Positions 29,476 through 39,483 of a stretch of 64,000 nucleotides of DNA are shown one piece after another (positions within the stretch are counted from its first letter, which is position 1; every line of letters begins with the position of its first letter). The position numbers and the translations under genes are program-made. The notes under the pieces were generated by a model, which ran no database searches, was not told the DNA's origin, and worked only from the letters and a program-made list of their open reading frames with translations. Source of the DNA: an uncultured Gammaproteobacteria bacterium (GTDB lineage Bacteria > Patescibacteriota > Microgenomatia > Levybacterales > UBA12049); contig CAZAZU010000001.1 in NCBI GenBank assembly GCA_964490105.1, positions 498,361-562,360 of the forward strand, given 5' to 3'.

Positions 29476-29951
29476 ATTTTTCCAATTACCGGTATTTCAA
29501 TTTTCTGCTTTTGATATTCTAAGAAAAGTTTTATATTTTCTAAATGATCAAAAGCAAAATCATCTTTATCAGGAAGTGTATCAAATCCGAACCATTTCAT
29601 CTCCGAATTTTCAGCATCCATTTTTCCAGTTTTTTCTAATGCCTTTGCAACATAAACAAAGGCTACATTTTGCCGATCCTCTTTCGGTCTATCAGGGTTA
29701 TCGGCAATTCTTAAAAGCTGATTAATTTCTGACTCATATCCTGTTTCTTCTTTAACCTCTCTTCTACATGCCTCTTTAGTATTTTCATCTCTATCTAAAA
29801 AACCTCCTACCAGAGACCACTTCCCGCCATTTAAGAGATGATCGGCGCGCTTTACAAGAAGAATTTTATTTTCATCGTTTAGAAGTATCAAATTAACAAC
29901 TACATGGCGAAGACTAGCTTTTTCGTCATTTTCAAAGGTGCAATTTATCAT
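29472..29951 (-). CDS. NUDIX hydrolase
   Basis: Nudix box GGFLDRDENTKEACRREVKEETGY; AFDH. Confidence 0.92.
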   Translation of the reverse strand: MINCTFENDEKASLRHVVVNLILLNDENKILLVKRADHLLNGGKWSLVGGFLDRDENTKEACRREVKEETGYESEINQLLRIADNPDRPKEDRQNVAFVYVAKALEKTGKMDAENSEMKWFGFDTLPDKDDFAFDHLENIKLFLEYQKQKIEIPVIGKI

Positions 29952-30958
29952 TTGGAGTACTGTTTCTCGTAGTAAGATTTATAGTCTCCGGTTTTTACAT
30001 CCCTCCACCAAGCTTCGTTTTCCTGATACCACTTAACAGTTAATTCTAGCCATTCATCAAAAGAGTGAAGAGGTTCCCACCCTAATTCATTTTTTATTTT
30101 TGAAAAATCTATAGCATATCTTCTATCATGTCCCGGTCTATCCTTAACATATTCAATCATCGACTCATCTTTTCCCATAATACTTAATATTTTTTTAACA
30201 ACCTCTAAATTATTTACATCTTGAGTCATACTTCCGACACAATATGTTTCTCCGATTTTTCCTTTTTGTATAACCAAATCTATTGCCCGGCAATGATCTT
30301 CTACATAAAGCCAATCACGAACATAAAGACCGTCACCATAGACGGGAACGTTTTTCCCCTCAATAATATTAGTGATTGCGAGAGGAATTAATTTTTCAGG
30401 AAAATGATACGGGCCATAATTATTTGCGCAATTTGTAATCGTGATAGGAAGTTCAAAGGTATCGTAATATGCTCTAACTAAATGGTCTGATCCAGCTTTA
30501 CTTGCAGAATAGGGACTGTGTGGATCATATGGGGTTTTCTCGTTAAACTTTTCAGTAGAATCAAGATCAAGCGCACCAAAAACCTCGTCTGTTGAGATGT
30601 GATGAAATCTTTTAACATTATTTTTAAGAGCAGCGTCAAGTAAAACCTGCGTTCCCACCACATTTGTAACCACAAAAGATGCCGGCTCCATGATTGAGCG
30701 ATCTACATGACTTTCAGCAGCAAAGTGAACCACAGTATCAATCCCCTCCATGGCAAGGTTTACAGCTGCACCGTCACAAATATCCCCATGAATAAATGAA
30801 TAGTTTGGATTTTTCTCAACTGTTTTTAAATTTTCTAAATTCCCAGCGTAAGTTAACTTATCAAAATTTACTATTTGGTCTGATGGATGATTTTTCATCC
30901 AATAGAGGATGAAATTTGAGCCGATGAAGCCTGCGCCGCCAGTTACTAAAATCTTCAT
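29948..30958 (-). CDS. rfbB: dTDP-glucose 4,6-dehydratase
   Basis: DKLTYAGN, HFAAESHVDRS, ISTDEV, YSASK, DRPGHDRRY. Confidence 0.96.
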   Translation of the reverse strand: MKILVTGGAGFIGSNFILYWMKNHPSDQIVNFDKLTYAGNLENLKTVEKNPNYSFIHGDICDGAAVNLAMEGIDTVVHFAAESHVDRSIMEPASFVVTNVVGTQVLLDAALKNNVKRFHHISTDEVFGALDLDSTEKFNEKTPYDPHSPYSASKAGSDHLVRAYYDTFELPITITNCANNYGPYHFPEKLIPLAITNIIEGKNVPVYGDGLYVRDWLYVEDHCRAIDLVIQKGKIGETYCVGSMTQDVNNLEVVKKILSIMGKDESMIEYVKDRPGHDRRYAIDFSKIKNELGWEPLHSFDEWLELTVKWYQENEAWWRDVKTGDYKSYYEKQYSK

Positions 30959-31671
30959 TTATCTTTTTCCGCCCAGTATTTGGTTGCAGCAAAAAGACTT
31001 TCAAATGTGCCAGCATCACTCCAGAATCCATTGAGCTCCGCCCAAAACATTTTCCCGTCTCTTATATAAATATTATTTAAATCTGTTACCTCAAGCTGTC
31101 CTCTTGAAGAGGGTTCAATTTGTCGAATGTAATCAAAAACTTTGTTATCATAAATATAAACGCCGGTTACTGCCATATTACTTTTTGGTTCTTTAGGCTT
31201 TTCCTCAATGCCAGTAATTTTTTTATTTTCATCGAAAACGGCAACTCCAAATCTCTCTGGATCATGAACTTCTTTTAAGAAAAACATGGCTCCATCCTTA
31301 AAATTTCTTACCTGTTCGCTAATATCAGCATCCGACGTATTATCTCCTAATATTACGGTTACAGGACCATCATCGGCAAAACTTTCAGCAAGTGACAGTG
31401 CGTCTGCAATTCCCCCATCAGGCTTTTCCTGATAGGCGTACTCTAAGTGCTCAACTCCAAGCTCAGTTCCATTTTTTAGAATTCCCAGAAAATGACCAAC
31501 ATGAGGTCCTGAAGTTACAATTAAAATGTCTTTGATTCCAGCCTTAACGAGAGTTTCGATCGGATAATAAATCATCGGCTTGTTATAAACGGGGAGCAAA
31601 TGCTTATTTGTTACATGGGTTAAAGGATAAAGTCTTGTACCTAATCCTCCTGCTAAAATTACACCTTTCAT
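30955..31671 (-). CDS. rfbA: Glucose-1-phosphate thymidylyltransferase (RmlA/SpsI type)
   Basis: LAGGLGTRLYPLT, NKHLLPVYNKPMI, EEKP, WSDAGT. Confidence 0.9.
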   Translation of the reverse strand: MKGVILAGGLGTRLYPLTHVTNKHLLPVYNKPMIYYPIETLVKAGIKDILIVTSGPHVGHFLGILKNGTELGVEHLEYAYQEKPDGGIADALSLAESFADDGPVTVILGDNTSDADISEQVRNFKDGAMFFLKEVHDPERFGVAVFDENKKITGIEEKPKEPKSNMAVTGVYIYDNKVFDYIRQIEPSSRGQLEVTDLNNIYIRDGKMFWAELNGFWSDAGTFESLFAATKYWAEKDK

Positions 31672-31674
31672 ATA

Positions 31675-31974
31675 TTAAATTCCAAATCCTCCTTTAAAGA
31701 TAAAGAAGGCTGCTGCTATCCCAAGGGATGCAATAAGAACATATTCTATCACAATTTTAGCTACTAAATCGTGATTTATCAAATGATGAATCACACCAAC
31801 TAAAACGTATAAAAATCCGAGGCCAACCACTATCATCATCTGAGATTGCCTATCAGGAGAAACTGCAAGCACCAAAGACAAACCCCCTAAAAGTATCGCT
31901 GATAACAGAAAATAGTACGCTACATGGTTTTTGTTTCTCAAATAATTACTCCTCCTCCCAAAATACCTAGGCAA
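31675..31974 (-). CDS. Small three-TM membrane protein (true start probably TTG near 31941)
   Basis: Hydrophobic segments, 'GVIHH...KIVIEY'; GGAGG upstream of the TTG. Confidence 0.65.
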   Translation of the reverse strand: MPRYFGRRSNYLRNKNHVAYYFLLSAILLGGLSLVLAVSPDRQSQMMIVVGLGFLYVLVGVIHHLINHDLVAKIVIEYVLIASLGIAAAFFIFKGGFGI

Positions 31975-32777
31975 ATTACAATCGCAAAAAGAAATAACGC
32001 ATGATCTAAATTATGTCCTACAAATCTGACAATCTTCTTTCTTTCAATAAGAATTAAATCCAGCAGGAGAACTGAGATGAATCCAAGAAGTAAAATAATT
32101 GCCAGCTCTCCAGACCTGCTCATTCCAGCATTTATTGAAATATCTGACACTTCAAATCCTAAAACCTTTCTGGTGGTTGCTTTTTTTGGGGGACTTTTTT
32201 TAGCAACAGCAGCGTAATTTTTACTTCCAAACTCTTGAACAACTAAAAAGGTCTGCTCTCCATTTAAAGTTCCTGATTTAACTGCAAATCCAACATCTTT
32301 AAAATTAGAGGAGAGAATATTTGCCCTATGATTTGGACTAGCCATCCATGCATTTACAACGTCATTCGCACTATTAAATCCTCTTGCTAAATTTTCCCCT
32401 GCATAAACATAATTGTAACCTGATGCTTTTATAAAAACCCAAGGCGTAGTCCCATCAGGCGCGTTATGCGCCCAGTAATTTTTAGCAAACATATCATCTG
32501 CTTTTTTACTTGCAGCTTCATTTAATTGTGGATTACTTGATAATGACTGCAAACCATTTTCTGATCTTTTTTGGTTAGTAAAGTTTAAAAGCTCCTGGGT
32601 AGAAATATCAGCATATGCTCTAATTTGTGATGCGATCGGATTTATACTTGAAGAAAAAAATAAAGAACTAAAAATAAAGAATGCAATTAAAAATATAATT
32701 GCCTTGGGGTGAAGAATGTGTGCCCTATGATTATTCCGCGGATGTGGCAGTATTAGGCAGTAAAAAAAATCCCGCAT
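31938..32777 (-). CDS. CAP/SCP domain membrane protein
   Basis: TNQKR..NGL, YWAH, AGENLA, WMASPNHRANIL. Confidence 0.9.
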   Translation of the reverse strand: MRDFFYCLILPHPRNNHRAHILHPKAIIFLIAFFIFSSLFFSSSINPIASQIRAYADISTQELLNFTNQKRSENGLQSLSSNPQLNEAASKKADDMFAKNYWAHNAPDGTTPWVFIKASGYNYVYAGENLARGFNSANDVVNAWMASPNHRANILSSNFKDVGFAVKSGTLNGEQTFLVVQEFGSKNYAAVAKKSPPKKATTRKVLGFEVSDISINAGMSRSGELAIILLLGFISVLLLDLILIERKKIVRFVGHNLDHALFLFAIVICLGILGGGVII

Positions 32778-32789
32778 AAAGAAAGTATA

Positions 32790-33098
32790 TCACGAGTATT
32801 TAGGAAGAGCTTCTTTAAGTTTAGAACCATTAACCTTAACATCAAGACCAAATCCTAACGCATTTGCGATTGCGACACCTACTCTTGTTCCAGTAAAGGA
32901 TCCGGGACCGGTATTCACTAAAATTTCATCTAATTCTTGCGGTTTAAGATTATTTTTCTTAAGTATTTTTTCTACAAGTAAAAGAGTTGTTTGGGTTCTA
33001 GGTTTTGCGGGTTCAATTATTTCGTCGGAAGAATCATCTCCCTCAAGTTTTATGAGAGTCTTAGTATTATCCGTTGTGTCGATTACAATTCTATTCAT
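32790..33098 (-). CDS. tsaB: t6A biosynthesis protein TsaB, short N-terminal-only form
   Basis: IDTT, GPGSFTGTRVGVAIANALG; clustered with tsaC and tsaE. Confidence 0.85.
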   Translation of the reverse strand: MNRIVIDTTDNTKTLIKLEGDDSSDEIIEPAKPRTQTTLLLVEKILKKNNLKPQELDEILVNTGPGSFTGTRVGVAIANALGFGLDVKVNGSKLKEALPKYS

Positions 33099-33673
33099 AA
33101 ATCGATTTCTACAGCCCCCTGCCTAATAACTTTCCAGGGCCTATCTGTACAATCGATTACAGTGCTGGCTAAATTTTCTCCCTTAGTTTTTCCTTCTACT
33201 ATAAAGTCTACTAGTTTTATTAAGGATTTATCAAGTTCCGAAAAGGTATACGGAGTTTTTTCTCCATGGAAATTAGCAGATGGACCTAAAATTGGAACAC
33301 CAATTCCTTCAACAATTTTCCTGGGAATCTCATGATCTGGAATTCGCACTCCCAAATTTTCTCCTCCACCCCGAACCAAATCCGGCACTTTATCAACCTT
33401 ACACCTTAAAACAACTGTCAATGCTCCCGGCCACTGTTTATCCATCAAGTCTTCAACCTTTGGATCAAACGGATAAACAAATTCCCGAACTCTTTCAATT
33501 GAGTCAAACAAAACCGGCGTAGCCTGGCTTATTGGTCTTTTGCGAATTTCAAATAACCTCTTAATCGCAGATTCATCATCTATTCGGCAGCTTATCCCAA
33601 ATGCTGTGTCAGTTGGAATAATCACAATCCCTCCTTGATTCAAAACTTTTATCGCTTCGTCAATTTGATTCAT
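33095..33673 (-). CDS. tsaC: L-threonylcarbamoyladenylate synthase (Sua5/YrdC)
   Basis: PTDTAFG, RKRP, WPGALT, GVRIPDH, PSAN, ASTVID. Confidence 0.93.
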   Translation of the reverse strand: MNQIDEAIKVLNQGGIVIIPTDTAFGISCRIDDESAIKRLFEIRKRPISQATPVLFDSIERVREFVYPFDPKVEDLMDKQWPGALTVVLRCKVDKVPDLVRGGGENLGVRIPDHEIPRKIVEGIGVPILGPSANFHGEKTPYTFSELDKSLIKLVDFIVEGKTKGENLASTVIDCTDRPWKVIRQGAVEIDL

Positions 33674-34101
33674 ATATTTTCTATTTCAATCTCTCTTTTA
33701 TTTTCGTCTTTATAAACAAATTTAATTTTGTAACCTTTTTTTGGATTAAAATTTTTTAATTTTTCAGCCCACTCTATAATAGTTACACTTTTGGGATTTG
33801 AAACAAACTCTGAGATTCCAAGTTTTTCTAAATTATTCTCTCCTTCAATTCGATATAAATCAATGTGATTTAAATTATTAAATTTTTCTGAATCAACTTC
33901 ATGATTTCTAACCAGAACAAAAGTTGGAGATAAAATTCTATCTTTAATTTTCAGTCCTTTTGCTATTCCCTGAACAAATGTGGTTTTTCCTGCACCTAAA
34001 TCCCCAGTCAGCAGTACGACATCTCCGTCTTCAAGCTCACCAGCAAAATCTTCGCCTAGCTTAATTGTTTCAGAATCGCTATTTGTTAAATAATTTTTCA
34101 T
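33670..34101 (-). CDS. tsaE: t6A ATPase TsaE
   Basis: GDLGAGKT, SPTF, HIDLYR, IIEWAE. Confidence 0.95.
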   Translation of the reverse strand: MKNYLTNSDSETIKLGEDFAGELEDGDVVLLTGDLGAGKTTFVQGIAKGLKIKDRILSPTFVLVRNHEVDSEKFNNLNHIDLYRIEGENNLEKLGISEFVSNPKSVTIIEWAEKLKNFNPKKGYKIKFVYKDENKREIEIENI

Positions 34102-34924
34102 AAATTTCTTCTATGCTTATATATTTTAAACTAAAAGCTATTGCTCCTGCTAAAATTAGCAAGACTCCTCCGAAAATACTTACTACTGGGAATTTTCTAT
34201 CCGCTGCACCCAAAACCTCAGTTTTACCCGAAACTTCCGGCGTAATTGTTAAATTTCTAATAGTCGTATAGTTACTCGTCTTAAAAGCCTGCGCTATTTT
34301 ACCAGAATTATCATTGTTTGACGAAGTTCTAGTTGGAATTACTGAAACCGTAGATGCAATTGAAATAATTCTTGCTGGTGTGGGAGTTTTAGTTGGCAGG
34401 TTCGTGGCTGCTTTTGAAGCCTGAGGTGCCTTAGTTGGAGTAGGAGTTTTTGAAGGAGTAGGTGTTGGCGGAGTAAAAACAGATGATGAATTATTAGAAG
34501 AACCTTTTGAAGGAGAACTAAAAACTGTCCAATTAGATGCGCCATCCGTAATTCTACCTGCTGATTGATTTACATCTGGAGCGATTAGACCTCCTTGATT
34601 TCCATAAGTGATCTGATCAATTGAAGAATTATCAGAAATCAATACTAATTTTATATAGTCTCCTCCATTATTTAATTTATTCGCCCAATCAAAAACCATA
34701 AAGCTCTGAGGCATCAAGTTCCCTGATAAATCTAATTTATTATTTTCAGTCGAATCTCTTATTCTAAATGCTGAAAGATCAATGGGAGTAGTGTCTGGGT
34801 TATAAATTTCTATCCAATCGTCAGATGTACTAGAAGAAAATTCATTAATCACGGGAGAAGCGAATACAACAGACGGGAAGAAACTAGTTATGACTAAACA
34901 GATAATAAAAATCTGCTTTTTCAT
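34079..34924 (-). CDS. Surface protein with lamin-tail domain, Pro/Thr linker and C-terminal TM
   Basis: Signal peptide, 'VINEF...DWIEIYN...IDLS...LNNGGD', PTPTP repeats, 'EVLGA' then TM. Confidence 0.8.
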   Translation of the reverse strand: MKKQIFIICLVITSFFPSVVFASPVINEFSSSTSDDWIEIYNPDTTPIDLSAFRIRDSTENNKLDLSGNLMPQSFMVFDWANKLNNGGDYIKLVLISDNSSIDQITYGNQGGLIAPDVNQSAGRITDGASNWTVFSSPSKGSSNNSSSVFTPPTPTPSKTPTPTKAPQASKAATNLPTKTPTPARIISIASTVSVIPTRTSSNNDNSGKIAQAFKTSNYTTIRNLTITPEVSGKTEVLGAADRKFPVVSIFGGVLLILAGAIAFSLKYISIEEIYEKLFNK

Positions 34925-34930
34925 TTGGTT

Positions 34931-36079
34931 TTAGGGTATATGCCAATAAAGACTAACTGTTCCATTCTTGTGATCCACTATTATTCCTTTTCCAAGTGAT
35001 CCGTTATAACTGCAAGTCGCGCTTGTCGCATATGCTTCTCCTGATTCCATGGCCCTAATAGGTGTTCCAAACGGATTTGCCAAATCAAGCCCTGTGTGGG
35101 TTCCAAGAAAATAAACTTCTCCATACCATGTGGTAACATTTCCGGGATAGCCGGGAACAGGCTGCTGATACGCTGAATTCTCCATGTATGGTTTTGGATC
35201 CACTCTATTTCCAATTACTCTATTATTCTGAACACTAGCGTTAACATAAACCTCGAAGTGTAGATGCGGTCCGGTAGAGCATCCGCTTGATCCAACTCCT
35301 GCAATTATATCTCCTTTATTTACCGGGCCAATTTTTGCATTAATATTTCCTAAGGCAATATTAATAGAAGCAGCATCTGCTTTAAGGCGAGCTAAAAGCT
35401 CCTGGAATTTGGCTTCATCATTTTTAGTTACAGCTAAAAGCTGCTCTTTCTGTGCCTTCTCAGTATCAAGTTGAGTTTGATAGCTAACAAGCTCTGCATT
35501 TAGCTGTTCAATTTTTGCTTTTTTATCTTCAAAAATATCTTTCTGATTAGAGTAATCATTCCTTGCTTGGACAGTATCATAAATTAATCTTTTATCATGA
35601 GCTTGGGCTATTCTTAAGTAATTAGCTTTTTTAACAAAGTCTTCAACATTTGAGGAAGTTAATAACATTTGAAATTGGGACGTGCTTCCGACTATGTAAG
35701 TTTCTTTAATCCTATTTATTAGTATTTCTGACAAACTATCCAGGGAATCTTCAAGTTTTACAATTTTCTTATCGGCTGTATCTATATCCAAAGTAAGATC
35801 TGAAATCTGAGCACGAGCTGAGTCAATCTTAAGCTGAGTTAATTTTATTTGATTATCAATAACGCCGATTTGAGAAGAAAGTGTTTTCTCCTCACCTTGA
35901 AGCTGGGAAATTTTTGCCTGCGTCTCATCAATTTGCCTTAAGATTTCAGCTTGGTTTTTTGATTGACCGGAAGTGGGAGTAGGGGTCTGCGCAATTGCAG
36001 TAATTCTGAAAACAAAACCAAGGGAAACAAAAATAAAGATGGCTAAAATTAAGTATGGTAATAACGTTTTGAATTTCAT
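34931..36079 (-). CDS. Coiled-coil M23 peptidoglycan peptidase (EnvC/CwlO-like), M23 domain permuted
   Basis: Signal/TM, long coiled coil, STGPHLHFEV and HTGLD motifs; follows ftsEX. Confidence 0.85.
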   Translation of the reverse strand: MKFKTLLPYLILAIFIFVSLGFVFRITAIAQTPTPTSGQSKNQAEILRQIDETQAKISQLQGEEKTLSSQIGVIDNQIKLTQLKIDSARAQISDLTLDIDTADKKIVKLEDSLDSLSEILINRIKETYIVGSTSQFQMLLTSSNVEDFVKKANYLRIAQAHDKRLIYDTVQARNDYSNQKDIFEDKKAKIEQLNAELVSYQTQLDTEKAQKEQLLAVTKNDEAKFQELLARLKADAASINIALGNINAKIGPVNKGDIIAGVGSSGCSTGPHLHFEVYVNASVQNNRVIGNRVDPKPYMENSAYQQPVPGYPGNVTTWYGEVYFLGTHTGLDLANPFGTPIRAMESGEAYATSATCSYNGSLGKGIIVDHKNGTVSLYWHIP

Positions 36080-36110
36080 ACTTTTCTAATTATACACGTA
36101 AAAATAAAAG

Positions 36111-36977
36111 CTATTTTAAATATCTTAAAACTGCGAGGTAACTGGAGAATGCACCAAGTATTATCGCGACCACTGCCTCAGCTGCTAAAAGCTCAAGTAA
36201 AAACACTGGGGAAATTGGAAGAACGGGAATTCCTTTTAGAAAAGATGAAAGATATGGAGTTACATAAAAAAGTGCTCCAATTGAAATTAACCAGCCCAAT
36301 AGTGCTCCCACCAAACCATAAAAAACTCCTTCTAAAATAAATGGCCACCTTATATACCAGCTTCCAGCTCCAATTAATCGCATCGTTTCTATGTCTGATT
36401 TTTTCTGGGATATTTTTATTCCTATGATCGTCACCATAATAAAGATTGAAACCATAGAAAGAATTACGACCACCGCAAGTCCTATTTTCCTTAGTGCACT
36501 TGTCCAGGAACTTAAAGTCGAAACAACATCTTTTTGGAAAACCACCTCCTGAACAATTGTAGATTTCTTAAGAGTATCTGAAACTAAAGCTAAATCTTCG
36601 ATCTTATATGTGGCGATTTCTAAAGATGCGGGCAAAATCTCGGCTGTTACTAAATCCAATAAGAGCGGGTCATCTTTATTTTGTTCTTTATAGATTCTTA
36701 AAGCTTCCTCTTTTGATATAAATTTTACCTCTGAAATAAGTCCAGATTCTTTTAAGGAATTCCCCAATTCTTCAATATCAGCCTGCTTAGCTTCGTCTCT
36801 AAAAAAAGCTGTCACCTGAGGTTTAGATTCGAAATAATCAACAATCCTAGTTGATCCAAAAATGATAAGTGCAAAAATTGAAAATGCTAAAAAGGTTAGC
36901 ATCATCACAAATATCGCAGCGACAGCTTGGTACGGAGATCTTCTGATGTTGCGCCATGTTGTACTAAGTGCTTTCAT
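36111..36977 (-). CDS. ftsX: Cell division permease FtsX
   Basis: FISKEEAL, LPASLEI, IETMRLIGA..WYIRWPFILEG. Confidence 0.93.
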   Translation of the reverse strand: MKALSTTWRNIRRSPYQAVAAIFVMMLTFLAFSIFALIIFGSTRIVDYFESKPQVTAFFRDEAKQADIEELGNSLKESGLISEVKFISKEEALRIYKEQNKDDPLLLDLVTAEILPASLEIATYKIEDLALVSDTLKKSTIVQEVVFQKDVVSTLSSWTSALRKIGLAVVVILSMVSIFIMVTIIGIKISQKKSDIETMRLIGAGSWYIRWPFILEGVFYGLVGALLGWLISIGALFYVTPYLSSFLKGIPVLPISPVFLLELLAAEAVVAIILGAFSSYLAVLRYLK

Positions 36978-37783
36978 TTTAATGCCTCCTCAAAGTCATC
37001 AGTCTTAACTTCCTTATCATTATTATTCTCAACTTTTTCTTCTTCACCAGAATTCTGCTTTACAGAATCTTTCTTCTCATCAGCTTCTCTTTTATTTTCG
37101 TGATGCTCTTTTGACTTATGACCCTTTTTATCATTTACCATTTCTCCTTTGTTAAGCTCAATTACCCTCTTGTTAAGTTTTTTTATAATCTCACTATTAT
37201 GCGTTGCCATCACTACCGTAGTTCCTTTTTCATTAATATCAGATAAAAGTTTTACAATTTCCCAGGAAGTTGCATCATCCAGATTACCTGTCGGCTCATC
37301 TGCTAAGAGAATTTCAGGAGACAGAATAAGAGCTCTGGCAATAGCAGCTCTTTGGAGTTCTCCTCCCGAAAGCTGAACCGGAAATTTATCTTTGTGTTCG
37401 AGTATTCCTACCTGGTTCAAGATCTCCATAGCTCGTGTTACTGCATCTTTTTTCTTTGTTCCAATTACTTCAAGGGGAAGTGTTGTGTTTTCAAGAATCG
37501 TTCTATCATGAAGAAGTTTTAGATCTTGGAAAATAACTCCTATTTTTTTTCGAAGCTCCGGAACCTTTCTCCCAGGAAGCTTTACAACATCCCAACTATT
37601 TACAACGACTTTTCCTTGACTTGGAAGCATTTCTCGAATTAAAAGTCTAAAAATTGTAGTTTTTCCAGATCCAGTAGGTCCTATTAGAAATACAAACTCA
37701 CCTTTTTCAACCGAAAACGAGACGTCGGATATTGCAAAAACGCCTGTACCAAATTTTTTTGAAACATTTTCAAGGCTAATCAT
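36974..37783 (-). CDS. ftsE: Cell division ATPase FtsE
   Basis: GPTGSGKT, IGVIFQD, LSGGELQR, LADEPTGNLD; charged C-terminal tail. Confidence 0.93.
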   Translation of the reverse strand: MISLENVSKKFGTGVFAISDVSFSVEKGEFVFLIGPTGSGKTTIFRLLIREMLPSQGKVVVNSWDVVKLPGRKVPELRKKIGVIFQDLKLLHDRTILENTTLPLEVIGTKKKDAVTRAMEILNQVGILEHKDKFPVQLSGGELQRAAIARALILSPEILLADEPTGNLDDATSWEIVKLLSDINEKGTTVVMATHNSEIIKKLNKRVIELNKGEMVNDKKGHKSKEHHENKREADEKKDSVKQNSGEEEKVENNNDKEVKTDDFEEALK

Positions 37784-37807
37784 AATTGAAATAACTGGTG
37801 AGGACTA

Positions 37808-38263
37808 TTAAAGAACTTCTACTCTTCCAACATCCATTAACCAGCCTGCATGTTGGGCTTTTTGAGTCTGGCCCCACACTTTAATTTTTTTACCTTTTAC
37901 AAGAGACAAATCGACAGAGGAAGAGGTGAGATAAACATACTGACTTTCTCCGCCTGGTCTCTCAAGATGATACTGACCTTCACCTTCAATTCCTCCCTCT
38001 CTCAAGATTCCTTCTGCTGTATCTTTGAAAGTTTTTGTATCATTGGATCCCATGGCCGTTCCTTTTGTGACCTGGGATGAATCAGTTACTTCTTTAGTGG
38101 GTTCAAGACTCGTAGCTGTGCCTTTAGCAATTAAGAATCCGCTACCCGCTCCTAAAAGCGTCATAACAACCACAACTACTGCTATCATCATTAAGGGAGA
38201 TTTACTTGGTTTTGAATCAAATTGTTGCACTAATTCTTCCTCTGTTTTCTTATCTTTTTCCAT
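37808..38263 (-). CDS. Membrane-anchored hypothetical protein (OB-fold-like C-terminus)
   Basis: One TM; 'GEGQYHLERPGGESQYVYLTSSSVDL...KVWG'. Confidence 0.7.
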   Translation of the reverse strand: MEKDKKTEEELVQQFDSKPSKSPLMMIAVVVVVMTLLGAGSGFLIAKGTATSLEPTKEVTDSSQVTKGTAMGSNDTKTFKDTAEGILREGGIEGEGQYHLERPGGESQYVYLTSSSVDLSLVKGKKIKVWGQTQKAQHAGWLMDVGRVEVL

Positions 38264-38391
38264 AAGATTAAGTTTCTGGACATCTTTAGTAAACCATAAA
38301 TAAGACTTTTAATCAACCCTGATATGGGTATTAGGAATCATGAATTATTTATAAATGAAAAATTATTGGCGACCTCAGTACATTTTTAGAA

Positions 38392-39396
38392 TTACAAACT
38401 GCGGAGTTCTGCTTCAATAAATTTATCAATATTTCCGTCCAAAACTCCCTGCGTATCCGAAGTTTCATAGAGAGTTCTAAGATCTTTTACCATTTTATAT
38501 GGATGCAAAACATAACTTCTAATTTGATTCCCCCAGCCCGGTGTTTTATATCCGCCTTTTAAGGCTGCTTCATTTTTCTTTCTTTCTTCTTCCTGCAAAA
38601 ACCATAGCTTTCCAACAAGAAGCTTCATCGCATATTCTCTATTTTTACCCTGATATCTTTCTGAATGAGCAGTTACTACTAGTCCCGTGGGCTTATGCTT
38701 AAGACGAACCGCAGTACTGACCTTATTTACATTTTGCCCACCGTGTCCACCTGATCTATAAAAATCCCATTCAACATCTTCTTCTTTTATTTGAATCGCT
38801 CCAGCATCTTCAATTTGAGGAATAACCTCTACCAGAGCAAACGAGGTTTGACGAAGGTTGTCTGCGTTAAATGGAGACTGCCTAACCAATCTGTGTACAC
38901 CTGCCTCAAGCTTTAAAAGACCATATGCAAATTGTCCATCTACTAAAAAAGTTATACTTTTAAGCCCTGCTTCTTCCCCTGGAGTCTCATCAATTGTTTC
39001 AAGTGAAAATCCCTTGAGCTCTGCATACCGTGAGTACATTCTATAAAGCATTTGCGTCCAGTCCATTGCTTCAACTCCACCCTGACCAGCATGGATTGAA
39101 ACAATTGCCGGAGATTTATCAAAATCACCTGAAAAATAAAGTAAATGCTCAAGTTCTCCTAAAACCACCTCTAGTTCATCAAATTTTTCCTGCCTAAGTA
39201 ACTCCATAATTTGTCTTGCAGATTCTATTTCTTTCTGAAGACTTGCCATTTCCTTCATTTTTTCAGTGGCTCTTTGAGGATCTTTCCAGAAATCTGGCAT
39301 CATAGATTCACCTTCTATATGCTTAATGGCTATTTCTTTTTCAGTTAAGTTAATTTTTTGAAGAACTTTTTCTGCTCTCCCTTTAATTTCATCCAT
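38392..39396 (-). CDS. prfB: Peptide chain release factor 2 (no programmed frameshift)
   Basis: SPF tripeptide ([10 protein letters not shown]), GGQ (GHGGQNVNK), WGNQIRSYV. Confidence 0.96.
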   Translation of the reverse strand: MDEIKGRAEKVLQKINLTEKEIAIKHIEGESMMPDFWKDPQRATEKMKEMASLQKEIESARQIMELLRQEKFDELEVVLGELEHLLYFSGDFDKSPAIVSIHAGQGGVEAMDWTQMLYRMYSRYAELKGFSLETIDETPGEEAGLKSITFLVDGQFAYGLLKLEAGVHRLVRQSPFNADNLRQTSFALVEVIPQIEDAGAIQIKEEDVEWDFYRSGGHGGQNVNKVSTAVRLKHKPTGLVVTAHSERYQGKNREYAMKLLVGKLWFLQEEERKKNEAALKGGYKTPGWGNQIRSYVLHPYKMVKDLRTLYETSDTQGVLDGNIDKFIEAELRSL

Positions 39397-39482
39397 CCCG
39401 TTAGAAGCAGATCGCGATCATCTGCTATCCTTTCATTTTTTTCAAACCCTTAAAAGCGATCGCGGCTTCTAACGGGATCCAT
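39392..39482 (-). mobile_element. Start-codon-inserted hairpin element, copy 2 (core 39397-39477, ATGGA direct repeats)
   Basis: Minus strand ATGGA-TCCCGTTAGAAGCCGCGATCGC...GATCGCGATCTGCTTCTAACGGG-ATGGA at the prfB start. Confidence 0.8.
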
Positions 39483-39483
39483 A

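Noticed and set aside
39330-39396. Programmed +1 frameshift in prfB
   Set aside because: The frame is continuous from ATG 39396 and contains no CTT-TGA slippery site.
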